A stretch of DNA of 36,893 bases from Octopus bimaculoides. Taxonomy: Eukaryota. The notes beneath the pieces were generated by a model. That model was not told the origin of the DNA. It did not search any database and saw nothing but the letters and a program-made list of their open reading frames with translations. Below are positions 34,401-36,893 of this stretch, one piece after another. How positions within the stretch are numbered: position 1 is the stretch's first letter; every line of letters begins with the position of its first letter. The position numbers and the translations under genes were made by a program. The stretch covers positions 21,535,964 to 21,572,856 of the forward strand of contig NC_068991.1 of NCBI RefSeq assembly GCF_001194135.2, written 5' to 3'.

Positions 34401-36046
34401 GTGTAGTAGCATACTAAATGAGAGCCTTATAAAGGTCAAGGTGGTAAATATGTGTTTGGGTTTATGCAATATGTGAACAAATTGAGAAAAATGGTGATTT
34501 GTTCATGCTCAATTGAAACAGAGTGGTTCTGGTGTGCTTGAGTAATGTTTGTTCTTTTGTGTCCATAACTAGAGTAAAAATGTTTAATAATGTTTTCTTG
34601 GGGACAGTTTAGAGCATCTTTATATTATTTTAACATTTTAATCATCATCTGCTTTCCATGCTTGCATGGGTCAGATGGAATCTGTTGAGGCAGATTTTCT
34701 ACAGCCTGATGATGTCCTTCCTGTCACAAAGCCTCTCCTGTTTCCAAGTAAGGCAATATTTCCCCGTGGCTGAGATGATTTTCACAGAAGACTGGAAATG
34801 GCATCATCACTAATATGATGGTCATGCAAGTTTTCAACTATTACATGTTAACAAGGTACATACAAACACATACATACATATATATAAGTTAGAAAACAAA
34901 GTAAATGCACAAACAAACAGAAAACAAACACAGAAGGTCACCAAATCTTCATCAGTTACTGGTCAGAGGGTGAAACACAATTCTGCACCTTCAACAATAA
35001 TAATATTTCTTTCTGGTGGTGCCGGCAGCAAGAGGCCACTAAATAATGGCAAGCCCAAGCCAATGAACAAGGAACCAAACATGACAGAAAGTGAACAAAC
35101 AAACAGGAATTAAACAAATATGCAAAATATATATATATATATATATATATGTGGAGAATGGAGAAACAAACACAAGAAGAAGCAAGTCAATTGGGCTAGT
35201 TAGCTATTGATTTAATTATGTGGAGATTATATAATGAGTCATTTACGATTGTTTCGATGTGCCAAATGGTTTGTATACATACATACATATACACAAACAG
35301 GCACTAAAATGTTTTCAAGTGATGCCAAATGTTTTGCTTTTCAGTTTTTACTTTAATCTATATTTATCTGCTCAAAGAGAAACCACTTCTAGCTGCCTTT
35401 AATAGACAGTCTCAACACCATATTTCTAAGCTGCAGTTCAAGCCAGAGTTTCAGTGGAAAACCAAACTGAGCACTCATAGTACATACCTATAACATAACA
35501 TCAGTTAACAAAATCTCCTTGTATACTCTCTCTCCCTCTCTGTGTATATATGTGTGTGTGTGTGTGCGTGTGTGCATGCGCACACACACATATGGGCTTC
35601 AGTTTCCATGTCCCAAATCCACTCGTAAGACTCTTGTTGGCCTGAGGCCATAGCAGAAGACACTTACCCAAGCAGCTGTGCAATGGGACAACAGTTACAA
35701 AGCAAGCTTCTTAACCACACAGTCATGCCTGTGCCTGTTTGTGCGTAATATATTACAGGTTATAGTTTGTTTGCTCAGTTTGTCATATAAAAAGTTTGTT
35801 TTTCTAGTCTTGGTGAATATGACTGTTTGTTGCAAAATATGTTGAGAGCTTTGTGATTGAGTTATGAACTGCTGAGCATGATGTCCCATATTCATGCTTT
35901 TCATACGTATTTTCTACATCTGTAGGCTCAACTTCAAAACATACATTAATGCCACCCAGTCACCTAGCATAATCTGACATGAGTTGGTTAAGAGCACTGT
36001 CTGTCTTACACAAATAAACAAATAAAATAACGAAAGGGTGACTCAC

Positions 36047-36156
36047 CAACAAAATCAGTACTTTCACTGCCCATTAATAGCTCGCTTTCCATCTGGTCCA
36101 ACATCTCCAGATCTTGTTCAAACATCGAAGGGATTTCATCATCGTCATCATCGTAC
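36047..36156 (-). CDS. POLD1: POLD1 coding exon, acidic N-terminal region (YDDDDDEIPSMFEQDLEMLDQMESE...)
   Basis: 110 nt with AAG acceptor and GTGAGT donor. Resembles human [23 protein letters not shown]. The exit phase fits the next exon. Confidence 0.85.
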
Positions 36157-36217
36157 CTTTCGAAGGATACATTACATTTTCTTAAAATATTTTTACTTAG
36201 TAGGAAGTAAATATTCT

Positions 36218-36427
36218 TTCACCCTTTCTCACAAATGTGATGCTTATTTACTCACATTGTTTTGAATTAATCATGCATTATTTTGTAGTTTCAAGAGTTT
36301 GATGACATAACTATTTTAAGAATAACATTGTAGGGGATATTGTAGAATGACATTGTAGGCCAATCAGAACATAAAATAGGTAGAATATTTGGGCCAGTTA
36401 TGGCCAGTTTAAATGCTAAAGAGTTAA
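36218..36427. mobile_element. TTAA-flanked MITE family A (degenerate)
   Basis: Internal homology to 5195-5422; ends AATGCTAAAGAGTTAA. Confidence 0.7.
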
Positions 36428-36801
36428 GCCTTTCATTGGTTATGGATTCAAGGCATACTGAAACACAGTTTTCAAATAGCTTCTAGTTAATTTCATTGAT
36501 ACTAGTACTCATTTTATCAATCTTTATCTGTCTAAATCCTAAATTAAGCTTTCATCATACACGTCATAACTTGCTCAAAGACTCAGTGTAGCAAGTGACT
36601 GACTATATACACACACGTGTGTGGGTGTCTAACAAACTTCTGCACAGCTTCCATCAACCAATTTCATATCAGGTACTGGTCAACCTGATGCAATAAAAGA
36701 AGACAATTGCCCAAAGTGACATGCAGTGGGACTGAACCCAGAGCCAGGTGATTATGGACATTTTAACTGAACAAACAAGCATGCACCTATGGTAACATTT
36801 A

Positions 36802-36836
<35 letters not shown>

Positions 36837-36893
36837 TCATCATCATCATCATCGTTTAACGTCCGCTTTCCATGCTAGCATGGGTTCGACGAT

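Noticed and set aside
20670-34960. Other CTGATGA occurrences (about 20675, 26773, 27672, 32538, 34706 and 34950)
   Set aside because: None is followed by a stem and GAAA; two lie inside transposase coding remnants.

Overview
AT-rich, microsatellite- and gap-rich animal genomic DNA; the SINE/MITE/RTE repeat families look octopus-like (recognition from memory, not a database search). The window holds most of one gene on the minus strand, the DNA polymerase delta catalytic subunit (POLD1). I resolved 18 GT-AG coding exons between 36156 and 380. They splice in frame to 2646 nt (882 codon equivalents) with all three exonuclease motifs and polymerase motifs A, B and C intact. The first coding exon(s) and the C-terminal exons lie outside the window. 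The introns are filled with decayed mobile DNA: Helitron remnants, mariner, Tc1 and DD4xD transposase relics, an RTE-type LINE endonuclease fragment and 3' tails, three tRNA-derived SINE families, and TTAA-flanked piggyBac-like MITEs. The most unusual signal is a pair of 145-bp direct repeats (7048-7192 and 7397-7541) bracketing the YGDTDS catalytic exon. Each repeat carries a minimal type I hammerhead ribozyme motif on the strand antisense to POLD1, and the first is attached to a B-box-like fragment.
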